A stretch of DNA of 63,334 nt, counting the filler, from Deltaproteobacteria bacterium (GTDB lineage: Bacteria > Myxococcota > JACRCW01): NCBI GenBank assembly GCA_016218805.1. It is 4 parts of 4 records of this genome, joined end to end, with 100 filler letters (N's around TTAATTAATTAA, not from the genome) between each part and the next. Parts side by side here need not be neighbours in the genome. Positions count along the whole stretch, not along the records: positions 1 to 20,888 come from JACRCW010000028.1; positions 20,989 to 42,838 come from JACRCW010000144.1; 2 more parts are not named here. One strand, written 5' to 3'. The position numbers and the translations under genes are program-made. The first letter of the stretch is position 1, and each line of letters opens with the position of its first letter. Shown one piece after another: positions 10,189 to 21,196 of the stretch. The notes below the pieces were generated by a model, which saw nothing but the letters and a program-made list of their open reading frames with translations, was not told the origin of the DNA and did no database searches.

Positions 10189-10350
10189 GGGTCCATGGTG
10201 ACCCAAGTGCCGGCCGCGGCCATCGGACAGGCGACCTCCGCCGGGTGACCGCTGGCGCCCGGCGGGCAGCCACGGGTTGACCCCCCGTCGAGACGCACCC
10301 TACTCTTCGTGGGTCGTACTGCCCTCACAAGCCAGGAGCCTGTTCGCCCC

Positions 10351-10833
10351 ATGCCGCCACCGGATCGCGTTCCCATCACCGTGATGGGTCACGAGAAGCT
10401 CAAGGAAGAACTCCGCCAACTCAAGACGGTGGAGCGCAAACGCATCTCCAGCGAAATTGAAGTTGCCCGCGCCCACGGCGACCTGCGTGAGAACGCGGAG
10501 TACCACGCCGCCAAGGAGAAACAGGGTTTCATTGAAGGGCGCATCATGGAGTTGGAGGACAAGCTGTCCCGCGCGCAGGTGATTGACCCCACCAAGCTGG
10601 GCGGGGACCGCGTGGTGTTTGGCGCCACGGTGCGCTTTGCGGACGGGGACAGCGGTGAAGAGTCCACCTACCAGATCGTGGGTGACGACGAGGCGGACCT
10701 CAAGGCGGGCAAGGTGAGCATTTCTTCGCCCATTGCGCGCGCGTTCATTGGCAAGGAAAAGGGTGACGAAGTGGAGATCCGAAGCCCCAAGGGCGTGCGG
10801 ACCGTTGAGATCATCAACGTGACGTTCAAGTGA
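10351..10833 (+). CDS. greA: Transcription elongation factor GreA
   Basis: ARAHGDLRENAEYHAAKE, FGATV, SISSPIARA. Confidence 0.97.
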   Translation: MPPPDRVPITVMGHEKLKEELRQLKTVERKRISSEIEVARAHGDLRENAEYHAAKEKQGFIEGRIMELEDKLSRAQVIDPTKLGGDRVVFGATVRFADGDSGEESTYQIVGDDEADLKAGKVSISSPIARAFIGKEKGDEVEIRSPKGVRTVEIINVTFK

Positions 10834-10855
10834 CGCGCGGAGCCGCAGGATTCCC

Positions 10856-12151
10856 ATGAAGCTGTGCCCCAGCTGCGACAAGGAGTACGAGGACAGCCTG
10901 GTCAACTGTCCTGACGACGACACTCCGCTCGTCGCCGCGGGGCGCAAGAACAACCCGCGGCTGCCCGGCGTGCGCCACGTGGACTCAGACGCGCACACCG
11001 CCATGTTCACGCTGGAGCAGATGCAGCTGGACCGGGACATGCTCAACAAGGCGGCGGATGAACCGGAGGACCCTGAGGACGACAAGTTCCGCACCGCGGG
11101 CACGCCGCAGCCGGAACCGCAGGACCCGGACTCCACGCGCACCATCACGCTGGGTGAACTGGAGAAGAAGCGCGCGGAGCGCGACGCAGCACGGGCCGCC
11201 AAGGAAGCCGGGGAGGCGGAGAATCCCGACGAGAAGGTGCCGGACCAGACCATCAAGCGCGTGCGCGCCGCGGGTCCCACGCCCGAGGAGCAGGAGAAGC
11301 GCCGCAAGGTGATGATGTTTGTGCTGGTGGGACTGCTGGTGACGCTCCTGCTGGGTGGTGGCATCACCGTGTGGGCGGTGTTCCTGCGCAAGGTGTCACT
11401 GGAGATTGTGACCACGCCGCCGGGCGCCATGGTCCTGGTGGACGGGCAGGAACTGGGCAATTCGCCGCTGATGGCGCACGTGCCGCGCGGCGCGCACGCG
11501 GTGAAGGCGCGGCTGGACGGCTACCTGGAGGCCGCCGAAGTTGTGGACGTGAAAGCCGCATCCAACATTGTGCTCAACCTGCGCCGCTCCGTCCCGGACC
11601 GGCCCTCCGCACCGGCGGATGACCCGGTGCGCGCCCGCGCCGAGCAGCTGTACCTGGACGGGAAGGCGCTGCTGGACAAGAACCGGCTGGATGACGCGGA
11701 GGGGCGGTTCCGCGCCATGGCGGCCCTGGTCCCGGATGACGCGCGCCCCATGGACGCGCTGGCGGAGATTGCCCGGCGGCGCGCGGCGGCGGCCTCCGCG
11801 CAGAAGAAAGCGGGCGGACGGCCCGGTGGCGGAGGCGGCGGCGGGGGCGAAGACGGTGACGACGACGCGGACCTGCGGAAGATCAAGCCCGCGCTGCGCA
11901 AGAAGGACGCGCTCAAGTACCTGGACCAGGCGCGGACGGCGTACGACATGGGGGACATGGGCCGCGCCCGCGAACTGCTCACGCGCTGTCTGCGCTACGA
12001 CCCGTCGCAGGTCCAGTGCCACCGGGTGCTGGCGCGCGTGTACACCAAGGAGGACAACGTCCCCAAGGTGAAGTACCACCTGGAGAGGTACCTGGAACTG
12101 GGCGGCCCCGACGAGGACTTCAAGGTCCGCGACTGGATCCGCGCCCACTGA
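10856..12151 (+). CDS. Membrane protein: N-terminal Zn-ribbon, TM helix, PEGA domain, TPR repeats
   Basis: MKLCPSC..CPDD; TM VMMFVLVGLLVTLLLGGG; TTPPGAMVLVDG..GNSP (PEGA); C-terminal TPR-like helices. Confidence 0.75.
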   Translation: MKLCPSCDKEYEDSLVNCPDDDTPLVAAGRKNNPRLPGVRHVDSDAHTAMFTLEQMQLDRDMLNKAADEPEDPEDDKFRTAGTPQPEPQDPDSTRTITLGELEKKRAERDAARAAKEAGEAENPDEKVPDQTIKRVRAAGPTPEEQEKRRKVMMFVLVGLLVTLLLGGGITVWAVFLRKVSLEIVTTPPGAMVLVDGQELGNSPLMAHVPRGAHAVKARLDGYLEAAEVVDVKAASNIVLNLRRSVPDRPSAPADDPVRARAEQLYLDGKALLDKNRLDDAEGRFRAMAALVPDDARPMDALAEIARRRAAAASAQKKAGGRPGGGGGGGGEDGDDDADLRKIKPALRKKDALKYLDQARTAYDMGDMGRARELLTRCLRYDPSQVQCHRVLARVYTKEDNVPKVKYHLERYLELGGPDEDFKVRDWIRAH

Positions 12152-12167
12152 TGCAGGGGAGCATGCG

Positions 12168-12581
12168 ATGGTCGACAAAGGTTCCCGAGAGACGCGCCAG
12201 ACCACCCGCATCCCGATTGAGCTGCGCGTGGAATACAAGAAGATGAATACGTTCTTTTCGGACTACACCAAGAACATCAGCAAGGGCGGCACGTTCATCA
12301 AGACGGACAAGCCGCTCAAGGTGGGCACGGAGTTCCTCTTCAAGCTCTCCATTCCCGCACTGTCTGACCCCATTGACATCCGTGGCCAGGTGGTCTGGAC
12401 CAACACGGAGACGGTCACGCAGCGCGCGGACGTGCCGGACCGCGGCATGGGCATCAAGTTCATCTATGACGACCCGGACTCGCGGCGGAAGTTTGAGTCC
12501 ATGGTTGAGAGGCTCATGAAGGACAGCCTGGGGGACCTGGTGTTTGACAACCTCGTCGGGAAACGGGGCGAACAGCGTTAG
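12168..12581 (+). CDS. PilZ-domain protein, TIGR02266 (myxobacterial) family
   Basis: RQTTR (RxxxR), YTKNISKGGTFI, GQVVW, GMGIKF. Confidence 0.88.
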   Translation: MVDKGSRETRQTTRIPIELRVEYKKMNTFFSDYTKNISKGGTFIKTDKPLKVGTEFLFKLSIPALSDPIDIRGQVVWTNTETVTQRADVPDRGMGIKFIYDDPDSRRKFESMVERLMKDSLGDLVFDNLVGKRGEQR

Positions 12582-12592
12582 CCGCGCGCGTT

Positions 12593-13672
12593 TCAGTCCA
12601 CGCCGCCCAGGGCAAAGACCAGCACCTCGGTCACCTGGAACGGCATGAAGTTGTCGTCGGAAATGACCAGCAATGCGCGGCCACCGCCGGGCAGCGGCGG
12701 TCCCAGCGCCAGCCCCTCAAAGTTGTCCATCCGCACGCCCAGCGTTCCCAGGTCCACCAGCAGGCGCTTGGATGCAGGGCGCTGCGCGGCCAGCGGCGCC
12801 GCGTCATCCACCGCTTCCGCCGTGGAAAAGTCCGCCAGGTACAGCCGCACCAGGAACCCCAGGGTGAGCGCCCAGGACCGCTCCAGCACCAGCGCGCGCC
12901 GTCCCCCGTCCAGGCACAGCAACGACGTCACCCCGTGCACCTGGATGCCCGCCGGCACGGGTTCCGCGCGGTAGACCCGCTCGCCTGCCAATACCGGCGC
13001 ATTCCCGCCCAGGTCCCAGCGCACCACGCGCAGCGGCTGCGGCTCCGCCGGCGCGGGGAGGTCCTGCACCAGCGGCGCCTCGTTCATGGCCAGCAGCGTG
13101 CGGCCGTCTGGGCACAAGGACAGCGCCTCCAGGCCGTAGTTCTCGCGCACACCCCGGGTCTGCGCCTTCCCGTGGGTTTCCGCCGTGAAGTGCTCCGGCA
13201 GCGGCAACCACGCGCGCCACGCACCGTCGCGGCCAAACACGCCCACAAACGGTGGCACCCCGCGGGACGTGACGCCCTCGCTGCTGACCAGGACCGCGTC
13301 CGTCCCCCACAACGCCAGGCCCTCCGGGTCCAGGCCCTTGAGCGGAAACGGCTGGCCATCCGGTCCCCGCAGCACCGTCTCACCCAGCACCTGCGGAGCA
13401 CCGGGCTGCCCGTGCTGCAGCGGCACGCGCAGCCAATAGAACCGCGCGGGCGCGTGTTCGGAGGGATCATCGCTGATCACCGCGTAGTCGCCCGTCGTCG
13501 GGTCCCAGGCCCAGTCTGACAGGCCCCCGGCCAGCGGGTTGGCCACGCGGTCCAGCGTGGCGGCGCCCAGGTAGGTCACCGTCACGTCGGCAGCCGGTGG
13601 CGTGGGGCGCGCCACCGGTGCGGTGCGGCAGGACGTGGCCAACAGCAACAGGACGAACAGACGCGATGCCAT
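12593..13672 (-). CDS. Esterase-like activity of phytase family lipoprotein
   Basis: LATSC lipobox; GGLS, VISDD, DPEG, SSEG, NYGLEAL, LERS, DNFEG, ISDDNF. Confidence 0.85.
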   Translation of the reverse strand: MASRLFVLLLLATSCRTAPVARPTPPAADVTVTYLGAATLDRVANPLAGGLSDWAWDPTTGDYAVISDDPSEHAPARFYWLRVPLQHGQPGAPQVLGETVLRGPDGQPFPLKGLDPEGLALWGTDAVLVSSEGVTSRGVPPFVGVFGRDGAWRAWLPLPEHFTAETHGKAQTRGVRENYGLEALSLCPDGRTLLAMNEAPLVQDLPAPAEPQPLRVVRWDLGGNAPVLAGERVYRAEPVPAGIQVHGVTSLLCLDGGRRALVLERSWALTLGFLVRLYLADFSTAEAVDDAAPLAAQRPASKRLLVDLGTLGVRMDNFEGLALGPPLPGGGRALLVISDDNFMPFQVTEVLVFALGGVD

Positions 13673-13763
13673 GGAGTGCCCATAACGCGCGGCCGCGGAG
13701 TGCTGCACCCTGTCACGTCGGTGGCCGCGGCCCGCCTTCCCGGCCTATGGATCCACTCCATCC

Positions 13764-15020
13764 ATGAGCAGCCCACCCCCGGCGGTCCGCACCACCCCTC
13801 CCGGCGCGTTCTACGCCGTCGCCGTGCTCACCGGGATGAACCTGCTCAACTACGTGGACCGCTACGTCCCGTCGGCGGTGAAAGACTTGTTCAAGCGTGA
13901 CCTGGGCATGTCTGACGCGGACACCAGCCTCCCGCTGACGGCGTTCGTGTTCGTGTACATGATCATGAGCCCGGTGTTCGGCTCGCTGTCGGACAAGGTG
14001 CCGCGCCGCCTGGTCATCGCCGGTGGCGTGGCATTGTGGTCGCTGGCCACTGCGGCCGCGGCCGCCGCGGTGGGGTTCTGGTCGTTCCTGGGCGCGCGCG
14101 CGCTCGTGGGCGTGGGTGAGGCCGCGTACGCCACGCTGGCCCCCGCACTCATCGCGGACTTCTATCCGCCGGAACGCCGCAACCGCATCCTGACCCTGTT
14201 CTACGTCGCCATTCCCGTCGGCGCGGCGCTGGGGTTCGCCGTGGGCGGCGTGGTGGGCGAACACTTTGGCTGGCGCATGGCCTTCCTGGCCTGCGGCCTC
14301 CCGGGGTTGCTGGCCGCGGGGGCGGCGCTGGCCATCAAGGACCCGGGCCGCGGCACATTTGACGACGACAAGGACGCCACCCCGCCGGCCTGGCCCGCGG
14401 CGCTCAAGGCGCTGGCCAGCAACCGCGTCTACGTGTTCACCGTCGTGGGGTACACGCTGGTGACCTTTGCATCCGGGGCGCTGGCGGATTGGTTCCCCAC
14501 GCTGCTGTCGCGCCTGCGCGGCATGTCCGTGGATGAAGCCGGCAGCATCACGGGCACGGCCACGGTGGTGGGCGGGCTGGGGGGAACGCTGGTGGGCGGC
14601 CTGCTGGCGGACCGCGTGCGGGCGCGGACGCGCAACCCGTATCTCGCCGTCAGCGGCCTCTCCATTGTGGCGGCCACCGTGCTTGCGGCCATTGGCCTGC
14701 AGGTGGAGGGAAAGTGGGCCATTGCCGGCTTCATCCTGCTGACCCAGTTCTTCATGTGGTTCTACAACGGGCCGGTCAACTCCGTGCTGGTCAACTGCGT
14801 GCCGTCCGCGCTGCGCGCGCGCGCGTTCTCCTTCTCCATTCTGTGCATCCATTTCCTGGGTGACGCGGTGAGCCCGTTCATCGTCGGGACAATCTCCGAT
14901 CTCACCGGTTCGCTGCTGCTGGCCATCTCCGTGGTGCCCATCGCCCTGGCGGGGGGTGCGGCGGTGTGGCTGTACGCCTGGCGGACGCTCCCGGATGACC
15001 GCGCCCCGGTGGCGTCATGA
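13764..15020 (+). CDS. MFS transporter, Spinster family
   Basis: NLLNYVDR, ARALVGVGEA, IPVGAALG, HFLGDAVSP; multiple TM segments. Confidence 0.88.
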   Translation: MSSPPPAVRTTPPGAFYAVAVLTGMNLLNYVDRYVPSAVKDLFKRDLGMSDADTSLPLTAFVFVYMIMSPVFGSLSDKVPRRLVIAGGVALWSLATAAAAAAVGFWSFLGARALVGVGEAAYATLAPALIADFYPPERRNRILTLFYVAIPVGAALGFAVGGVVGEHFGWRMAFLACGLPGLLAAGAALAIKDPGRGTFDDDKDATPPAWPAALKALASNRVYVFTVVGYTLVTFASGALADWFPTLLSRLRGMSVDEAGSITGTATVVGGLGGTLVGGLLADRVRARTRNPYLAVSGLSIVAATVLAAIGLQVEGKWAIAGFILLTQFFMWFYNGPVNSVLVNCVPSALRARAFSFSILCIHFLGDAVSPFIVGTISDLTGSLLLAISVVPIALAGGAAVWLYAWRTLPDDRAPVAS

Positions 15021-16327
15021 GCGCGCTGGTCCGCGTCCTGTTCCTGGGACTGGTGCGGCTGTTCTACCGGGTGATTGCGGTCAGCGGTCGCGCGCGAATC
15101 CCCGCGGAGGGCCCGGTTCTCGTCGTGGCCAACCATCCCAACGGTCTGATGGACCCGTTGGTGCTGTGCGCCGCGTTGCACCGCCCCGTTGGGTTCCTGG
15201 CCAAGAGCACGCTGTTTGGCAACCCGTTTGGCCGCGTGGCCATGAACGCATTCAACGCCATTCCCGTGTTCCGCCAGAAGGACGGTGCGGATACCAGGAA
15301 GAATGAAGAGACCTTTGACCTGTGCCGCGCGCTGCTGGCACGCCAGGGCTGGCTGGCCATGTTCCCCGAAGGCGTCAGCCACTCCGACCCGGCGTTGAAG
15401 CCGCTGAAGACGGGCGCCGCGCGCATTGCGCTCACCGCGGAGGCCGCCAACGGCTGGGCGTTGGGACTTCGCATCCTGCCGGTGGGACTGCTGTTTGACG
15501 AGAAGGAGACCTTCCGCAGCCGCGTGGCGGTAAGCGTGGGGGAACCGTTTGCCGTGGCTGAGCACCGCGCCGGGTACGCGCAGGACGAGTGGCCCGAAGT
15601 GGAGCGCCTCACCGCGCGCATGGGCGAAGCGCTGGCGCGTGTGACGCTGGAGGCCGGCAGCGTGGAGTTGTGGAAGGGGTTTGTGGCCGTGGCCAGCTGG
15701 ACGCGCGCGGATGCCGCGCGGGACCTTGCAGCGGCGGAAGCCCGGGCGCGCGCCCTGTCGGCGGCCTACCGCGGCCTGCAGGAGCGCGCCCCCGCTGAAG
15801 CGGACCGCGTGGTGGACGCGGCACGCCGGTTTGTGCGCATGCTGGACGCGGTGGGCGTGCGCGACCCGTGGAGTCTTGATGACGCCCAGGCGCCCGGCCC
15901 CGCGGCCGTGGTGCGCGCGGCGTTTCCACTGCTCACGCTGTGGCCGCTGGCGTTGCTGGGGGCGCTGCTCGGCTGGCTGCCGTACCGCCTGGTGCGCCCG
16001 CTCTCCATCCGCGTGACCCGCGGCGAAACGGACATCATCTCCACGGTGAAGCTCATTGCCGGCGTGGTGATCATGACCGGTGCCTACGTGGCGGAGGCGG
16101 TGGCACTGGGGCTGTGGACCGGCTGGCTGCCCGGCGTGGCGGCGCTCGTCGTCGGACCGTTGAGCGGGTTTGTCGCCGTGCGTTTTGAGGAGCGCGTGGC
16201 GCTGCGCCGCGAGCTGCTGCGCGCGTCCTGGTTGCGCGTCACGCGCTCCGGCCTCGTCGACGCGATCAACACCCAGCGGCGCGAACTCGCGGCGTTGATT
16301 GAAGCGCGCCTGGCCACCCCGCCGTGA
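15017..16327 (+). CDS. Lysophospholipid/glycerol-3-phosphate acyltransferase (PlsC family) with C-terminal TM region
   Basis: ANHPNGLMD (HxxxxD), FLAK, FPEG, KTGAAR; ATGA overlap with the MFS gene. Confidence 0.88.
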   Translation: MSALVRVLFLGLVRLFYRVIAVSGRARIPAEGPVLVVANHPNGLMDPLVLCAALHRPVGFLAKSTLFGNPFGRVAMNAFNAIPVFRQKDGADTRKNEETFDLCRALLARQGWLAMFPEGVSHSDPALKPLKTGAARIALTAEAANGWALGLRILPVGLLFDEKETFRSRVAVSVGEPFAVAEHRAGYAQDEWPEVERLTARMGEALARVTLEAGSVELWKGFVAVASWTRADAARDLAAAEARARALSAAYRGLQERAPAEADRVVDAARRFVRMLDAVGVRDPWSLDDAQAPGPAAVVRAAFPLLTLWPLALLGALLGWLPYRLVRPLSIRVTRGETDIISTVKLIAGVVIMTGAYVAEAVALGLWTGWLPGVAALVVGPLSGFVAVRFEERVALRRELLRASWLRVTRSGLVDAINTQRRELAALIEARLATPP

Positions 16328-17313
16328 GATGCGCGGCCGGGTGCGTGCTGGCCGGTGTCGTCGCCGGCGGATGTGTGGCGGTGCGCTATGTGCCGCAGGC
16401 AGTACGCGGGCAGGCGCAACTGCTGCTCACCGGCCGGGAGGTGGCCGCAGTGGTGGCGGACCCGCAGACCGACCCGAACACGCGCGCGCTGCTGTCCCAC
16501 GTCGGTGCGGTCAAGCGGTTCGCGCGCGCGCAGGGACTCACGCCCACGTCGTCGTATGAACGCTTTGTGGACGTGGGACGGACCGCCGTGGTCTGGGTGG
16601 TGAGCGCCGCGCCGCCGCTGTCCCTGGAGCCGGTGCGCTGGGATGTGCCCGTCCTGGGCCCGTTCCCATACCTGGGCTGGTTCTCCCAGGAGGATGCGGC
16701 CTGGCACGCCCGCCGTCTGCGCGCTCAAGGGCTTGACGTCGACGTGCGCCCGGCGAGTGCGTATTCCACCCTGGGGTGGACCCGCGACCCAGTGCTGTCC
16801 ACCATGCTGGGCCGCGGCCCGGACGCCGCGGGCCAACTGGCGGACGTGCTGCTGCATGAATCCGTGCATGCCACGCTGCACGTCCCCGGGGACACCGCGT
16901 TCAACGAAGGACTCGCATCATTCCTCGCAGAACAGTTGACCCCGCGTTTCCTGGCGGAGCAATTCGGCGCGGAGTCCGCGGAGGCGCGCGCGTGGGCGGA
17001 CACGGTGTCGTCGTCGGAGCGGCGCGCGGCGCGGATGCACCAGGCCGCGCGGGCGCTGCAGGCGCTGTACGCCTCCCCGCTCCCGGTGCATGACAAGCTC
17101 GCGCGCAAGTGGCGCGCCATCGCGCTGCTGCGCGAGGAACTGGGGACGGCGCGGTGGCTCAACAATGCGTCGCTGGCGCAGTTCCTGGTTTATGAGTCCG
17201 CGTCCGGCGCGTTTGCCGCGCTGTTGGCGCGCTGTGACGGTGATACGCGCCGCTTCCTGGCGTGGATGGCGGCGGAACGCACGCTGGCGGTGCGGCGCTC
17301 GGCCTGCCCGTGA
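16324..17313 (+). CDS. Putative zinc aminopeptidase (DUF2265-like)
   Basis: PYLGWF, AYSTLGW..DP, HESVH, FNEGLA, LNNA; GTGA overlap. Confidence 0.82.
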   Translation: MRCAAGCVLAGVVAGGCVAVRYVPQAVRGQAQLLLTGREVAAVVADPQTDPNTRALLSHVGAVKRFARAQGLTPTSSYERFVDVGRTAVVWVVSAAPPLSLEPVRWDVPVLGPFPYLGWFSQEDAAWHARRLRAQGLDVDVRPASAYSTLGWTRDPVLSTMLGRGPDAAGQLADVLLHESVHATLHVPGDTAFNEGLASFLAEQLTPRFLAEQFGAESAEARAWADTVSSSERRAARMHQAARALQALYASPLPVHDKLARKWRAIALLREELGTARWLNNASLAQFLVYESASGAFAALLARCDGDTRRFLAWMAAERTLAVRRSACP

Positions 17314-17323
17314 TGGCGCGCGC

Positions 17324-18184
17324 TCACGGCAACACGGCCAGCACCACGCCCACGCCCAGCACAACCACGCCAATGATCCCCAGCAAGTCACCCGCACCCG
17401 CAATGGGAAACCCCGCCCAGCGCGCCGGCGTGGTGTTGAGCGCGGAGCCCGGCAGCACCAGCCGGCTCAGCACAAAGAACCCCACGCTGGCGGCGCCGGC
17501 CAGAACACCCAGGACCAGCACCACGCCGCCCAGGCCCGCCACGCCCAGCCCGGCAATGCGGCGCGGCATGGACGATCCGCCGCCGTCCTCCTTGTTGGAC
17601 GCAGCCGCCCCATTGGCCTGCGCGCTGCCACCCGCCTGCCCGCCGGCCTGCCCGGCCGCGGGTTGGGCGGCGCCGGCCGCCGCCGGTGTCTTGGCGAGGT
17701 CCGGCCGCGCCGGGACCGGCGCGCCGCCGGGAATGCCCTTGGTCAGCGTCCCGGCAAGATAGGGGACCAAGATGATGAACTGGTCCAGGCTGGTGACCTC
17801 ATCCGAGACGCGGCCCACCAATTTGGCCTGGTGCATGTCCACCATGCTCAGATTGATGACGTACAGGCTCCCCAGGTCACCCACGGTGCCGGAGACCAGG
17901 TAGTCCACGCCCAAAGCCGCACCCAGTTCGGCCAGGCAGCTGTTGTCCGAACACGCCAGCAACTGCTTCTGCTGTTCAAAGCTGACCACGTTCTGCAATT
18001 CGGCGGTGCCCACGACGCTGAGGTCCGGCCGCTTGGCAATCTCCGCGGTGATGCGGTCCGTCAGCAGTTGTGCGGTCTTGGCGTCCACCTTGTTCCCACC
18101 GGGTTGCAGCGGCAGCACCGCCACCTTGCTGGTCGCGGCAAAGGCGATAGACGGCAGGAGGAGAAACGCGGCGAAACAACGCAT
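17324..18184 (-). CDS. Secreted/membrane protein with CsgG/TolB-N-like domain
   Basis: Signal peptide, KVAVLPL, CSDNSCLAELGAALGVDYLVSG, C-terminal hydrophobic segments. Confidence 0.65.
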   Translation of the reverse strand: MRCFAAFLLLPSIAFAATSKVAVLPLQPGGNKVDAKTAQLLTDRITAEIAKRPDLSVVGTAELQNVVSFEQQKQLLACSDNSCLAELGAALGVDYLVSGTVGDLGSLYVINLSMVDMHQAKLVGRVSDEVTSLDQFIILVPYLAGTLTKGIPGGAPVPARPDLAKTPAAAGAAQPAAGQAGGQAGGSAQANGAAASNKEDGGGSSMPRRIAGLGVAGLGGVVLVLGVLAGAASVGFFVLSRLVLPGSALNTTPARWAGFPIAGAGDLLGIIGVVVLGVGVVLAVLP

Positions 18185-19842
18185 CAGTGCACCTCAAAGC
18201 AGTTGACGGTGTCGTGGTGAGCCGCAGGGTCGGACACCAGCTGGCACACCAGCGCGCGGTCGCTCTGGAACCACCCCACTGCAACCGGCTCCGTCCACGG
18301 CAGCAGCAGTGGCTCGTCAACGTTCAGCGTCGCCGCGCCGTGGATGCGGAACAACGCGCTTCCGCCCGCAAAACTGAACAGCGCAAACGCCACGTGTTCG
18401 CCGGCCACGTCCGCGAACGGCGTGGCCTTCCATGCGAACGGACCGGTGGCGGGGAGGCAATTGCCGCCAACGTGGAGCTCGCCCTGCACGGTGCCGGGGT
18501 TGGCAATGATGACCGGCTTGAAACTCCCCGCGCTGCAGTTCCACTCCGCGGTTGCCATCAGCACCGGCGTCCCGGTGGCCGGCTCCAGGATCAACTCCAT
18601 GGGACGGTTCCATCCCACGCCTGCCGCCGGAGGGGCCAGGTTTCCCCAGGCCACGCTGCTGAGCGCCACGGGGGCGCCGGCACTGGTGTCCTGGTACCAC
18701 CACTGCATGCCGTGGTTGACCACCATGACCTCGTTGGCCGGCAACTTGTGGGCGCCGGCAATGGCAAACCCGGCCAACCCGGCCCCAGCTGAATCGGGCA
18801 ACCCGGGGCCCGTAGCCGGACCGGTGACGCCTTCGACGACAACCGCGACGCCCCGGTCAGTGGCGACGCCGTTGTCCATCACCACGGCCACCCGCGTGGG
18901 AGCGTTCCGCAGGTCTCCGGTCACCACGGCAAACGCGCTGGGGGCTCTTCCCCCCGTCCCCAGCGTGAGGTCATCGGGGCTCGTGTCATGCAATTCCTGT
19001 TGTGTGGATGTGACGGCGTACTCCAACCCCCGCCCGAACTGCAGCGGCGTCCCGAACGGCTCCACGGCCCGCAGCATCCGCGTGGTGCTCACGGACCTTG
19101 GCGGCCCCGCGGTGGCGGTCCAGCCGTCCAGGCGCGGTGACGGCGTGGTCAGGCAGTTGAACTGCGCGGCGGCGTAGTCGCCGTCAAACTCCACCCCCGC
19201 GCTGCAGAACCGCGCCGGGACCTCAGTGGACTTGAACAACCCAAACAGCGAGAAATACCCGGCGGCCGTGGCTGGCGGCCCCAGGAACGCCGTCACCGAA
19301 CGCTCGGTGCGGTCGTTGGTTTCCCATGGAATGTCAGCGGTAGCGGCGGCAATGTCATTCCGCGTCACACAGCGCCCCCAACAGGCCGCCCCGGCCCCGC
19401 ACGTCCCCGGGGAACACGGCGGGGGACCCGAGGAGGACAGCGCAGCGCCGCTGGACCCGCCACTGGAAGACGAGGAGGAACTGGAAGACGCCCCGCCGGA
19501 GGACCCACCGCTGCTGGACGACGACGACGAACTGGAAGACGCCCCGCCGGAGGACCCACCGGTGGATGACGCGCCCAATGACGTGCCGGCCGCACCGCTG
19601 GTGGCCGCCGCCGAACTGCCCTCCCCGGACGTGGCTCCACCGCTGCTGCTGGACGACGACGAACTGGACGATCCTGAGGACGAGCTCCCGCCCCCGGTGG
19701 ACCCGCTGCTGCTGGAGCCGCCGGCCTCGTCACCGCAATCCGCGGCGCGGCACCCCACCTCCGCACCCGTCTGGATCAGCAGGAAACAGCCCGTGGCACC
19801 GGAGACCATCCCCATCACAACGGCGTTACGAAGCATGCGCAT
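18184..19842 (-). CDS. Hypothetical lipoprotein with long Ser/Gly low-complexity linker
   Basis: GATGC lipobox-like motif, repeated GGSSGGASSSSS, beta-rich C-terminus; TGATG overlap with the next gene. Confidence 0.6.
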   Translation of the reverse strand: MRMLRNAVVMGMVSGATGCFLLIQTGAEVGCRAADCGDEAGGSSSSGSTGGGSSSSGSSSSSSSSSSGGATSGEGSSAAATSGAAGTSLGASSTGGSSGGASSSSSSSSSSGGSSGGASSSSSSSSSGGSSGAALSSSGPPPCSPGTCGAGAACWGRCVTRNDIAAATADIPWETNDRTERSVTAFLGPPATAAGYFSLFGLFKSTEVPARFCSAGVEFDGDYAAAQFNCLTTPSPRLDGWTATAGPPRSVSTTRMLRAVEPFGTPLQFGRGLEYAVTSTQQELHDTSPDDLTLGTGGRAPSAFAVVTGDLRNAPTRVAVVMDNGVATDRGVAVVVEGVTGPATGPGLPDSAGAGLAGFAIAGAHKLPANEVMVVNHGMQWWYQDTSAGAPVALSSVAWGNLAPPAAGVGWNRPMELILEPATGTPVLMATAEWNCSAGSFKPVIIANPGTVQGELHVGGNCLPATGPFAWKATPFADVAGEHVAFALFSFAGGSALFRIHGAATLNVDEPLLLPWTEPVAVGWFQSDRALVCQLVSDPAAHHDTVNCFEVH

Positions 19843-20015
19843 GCGCCCGTTCCTAGCAGGTCTGCGCCCTGCCCGGCCACCGCACCCGGCCCCAACGCGG
19901 CGTCGGGACGCCGCCGCCCCAAAGCACCCGCGGCGCGCCCCCCGGAACCCCCTCCGGGAAGCACGCCGCGTGTACCGGGATGCGTGTCACCGCCCCCCGT
20001 GAGCGTTCAGCAGGC

Positions 20016-20888
<873 letters not shown>

Positions 20889-20988
20889 NNNNNNNNNNNN
20901 NNNNNNNNNNNNNNNNNNNNNNNNNNNNNNNNTTAATTAATTAANNNNNNNNNNNNNNNNNNNNNNNNNNNNNNNNNNNNNNNNNNNN
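20889..20988. other. Artificial contig linker
   Basis: N run + TTAATTAATTAA (stops in all six frames) + N run. Confidence 0.98.
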
Positions 20989-21196
20989 CGTCGCTGCGCT
21001 CCGTCGTCGAGGGCCGCCCCCCAAGGGGGGCGGCGTAGATGGGCTTGCCTGCGGCAAGCCCGCGACGCGTCGTGGAGCGGGCCTCCGCTGCTCCGCGCCT
21101 CTCAGGATCGAGTCCGCCTCGCTTCAAACAGGTGCGAACCGGCAACCGTGGGGCCGGCGTCCCCGCCGGCCGCCGACCCATCCCTCCTCCTGGGAC

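Noticed and set aside
19430..19720. Ser/Gly repeats as RiPP cores
   Set aside because: This is an ordinary low-complexity lipoprotein linker with no modifying enzyme nearby.
20889..20988. TTAATTAATTAA as a biological motif (also at 42839-42938 and 53035-53134)
   Set aside because: It is an identical six-frame-stop linker inside N runs, an assembly construct; gene adjacency across it was ignored.
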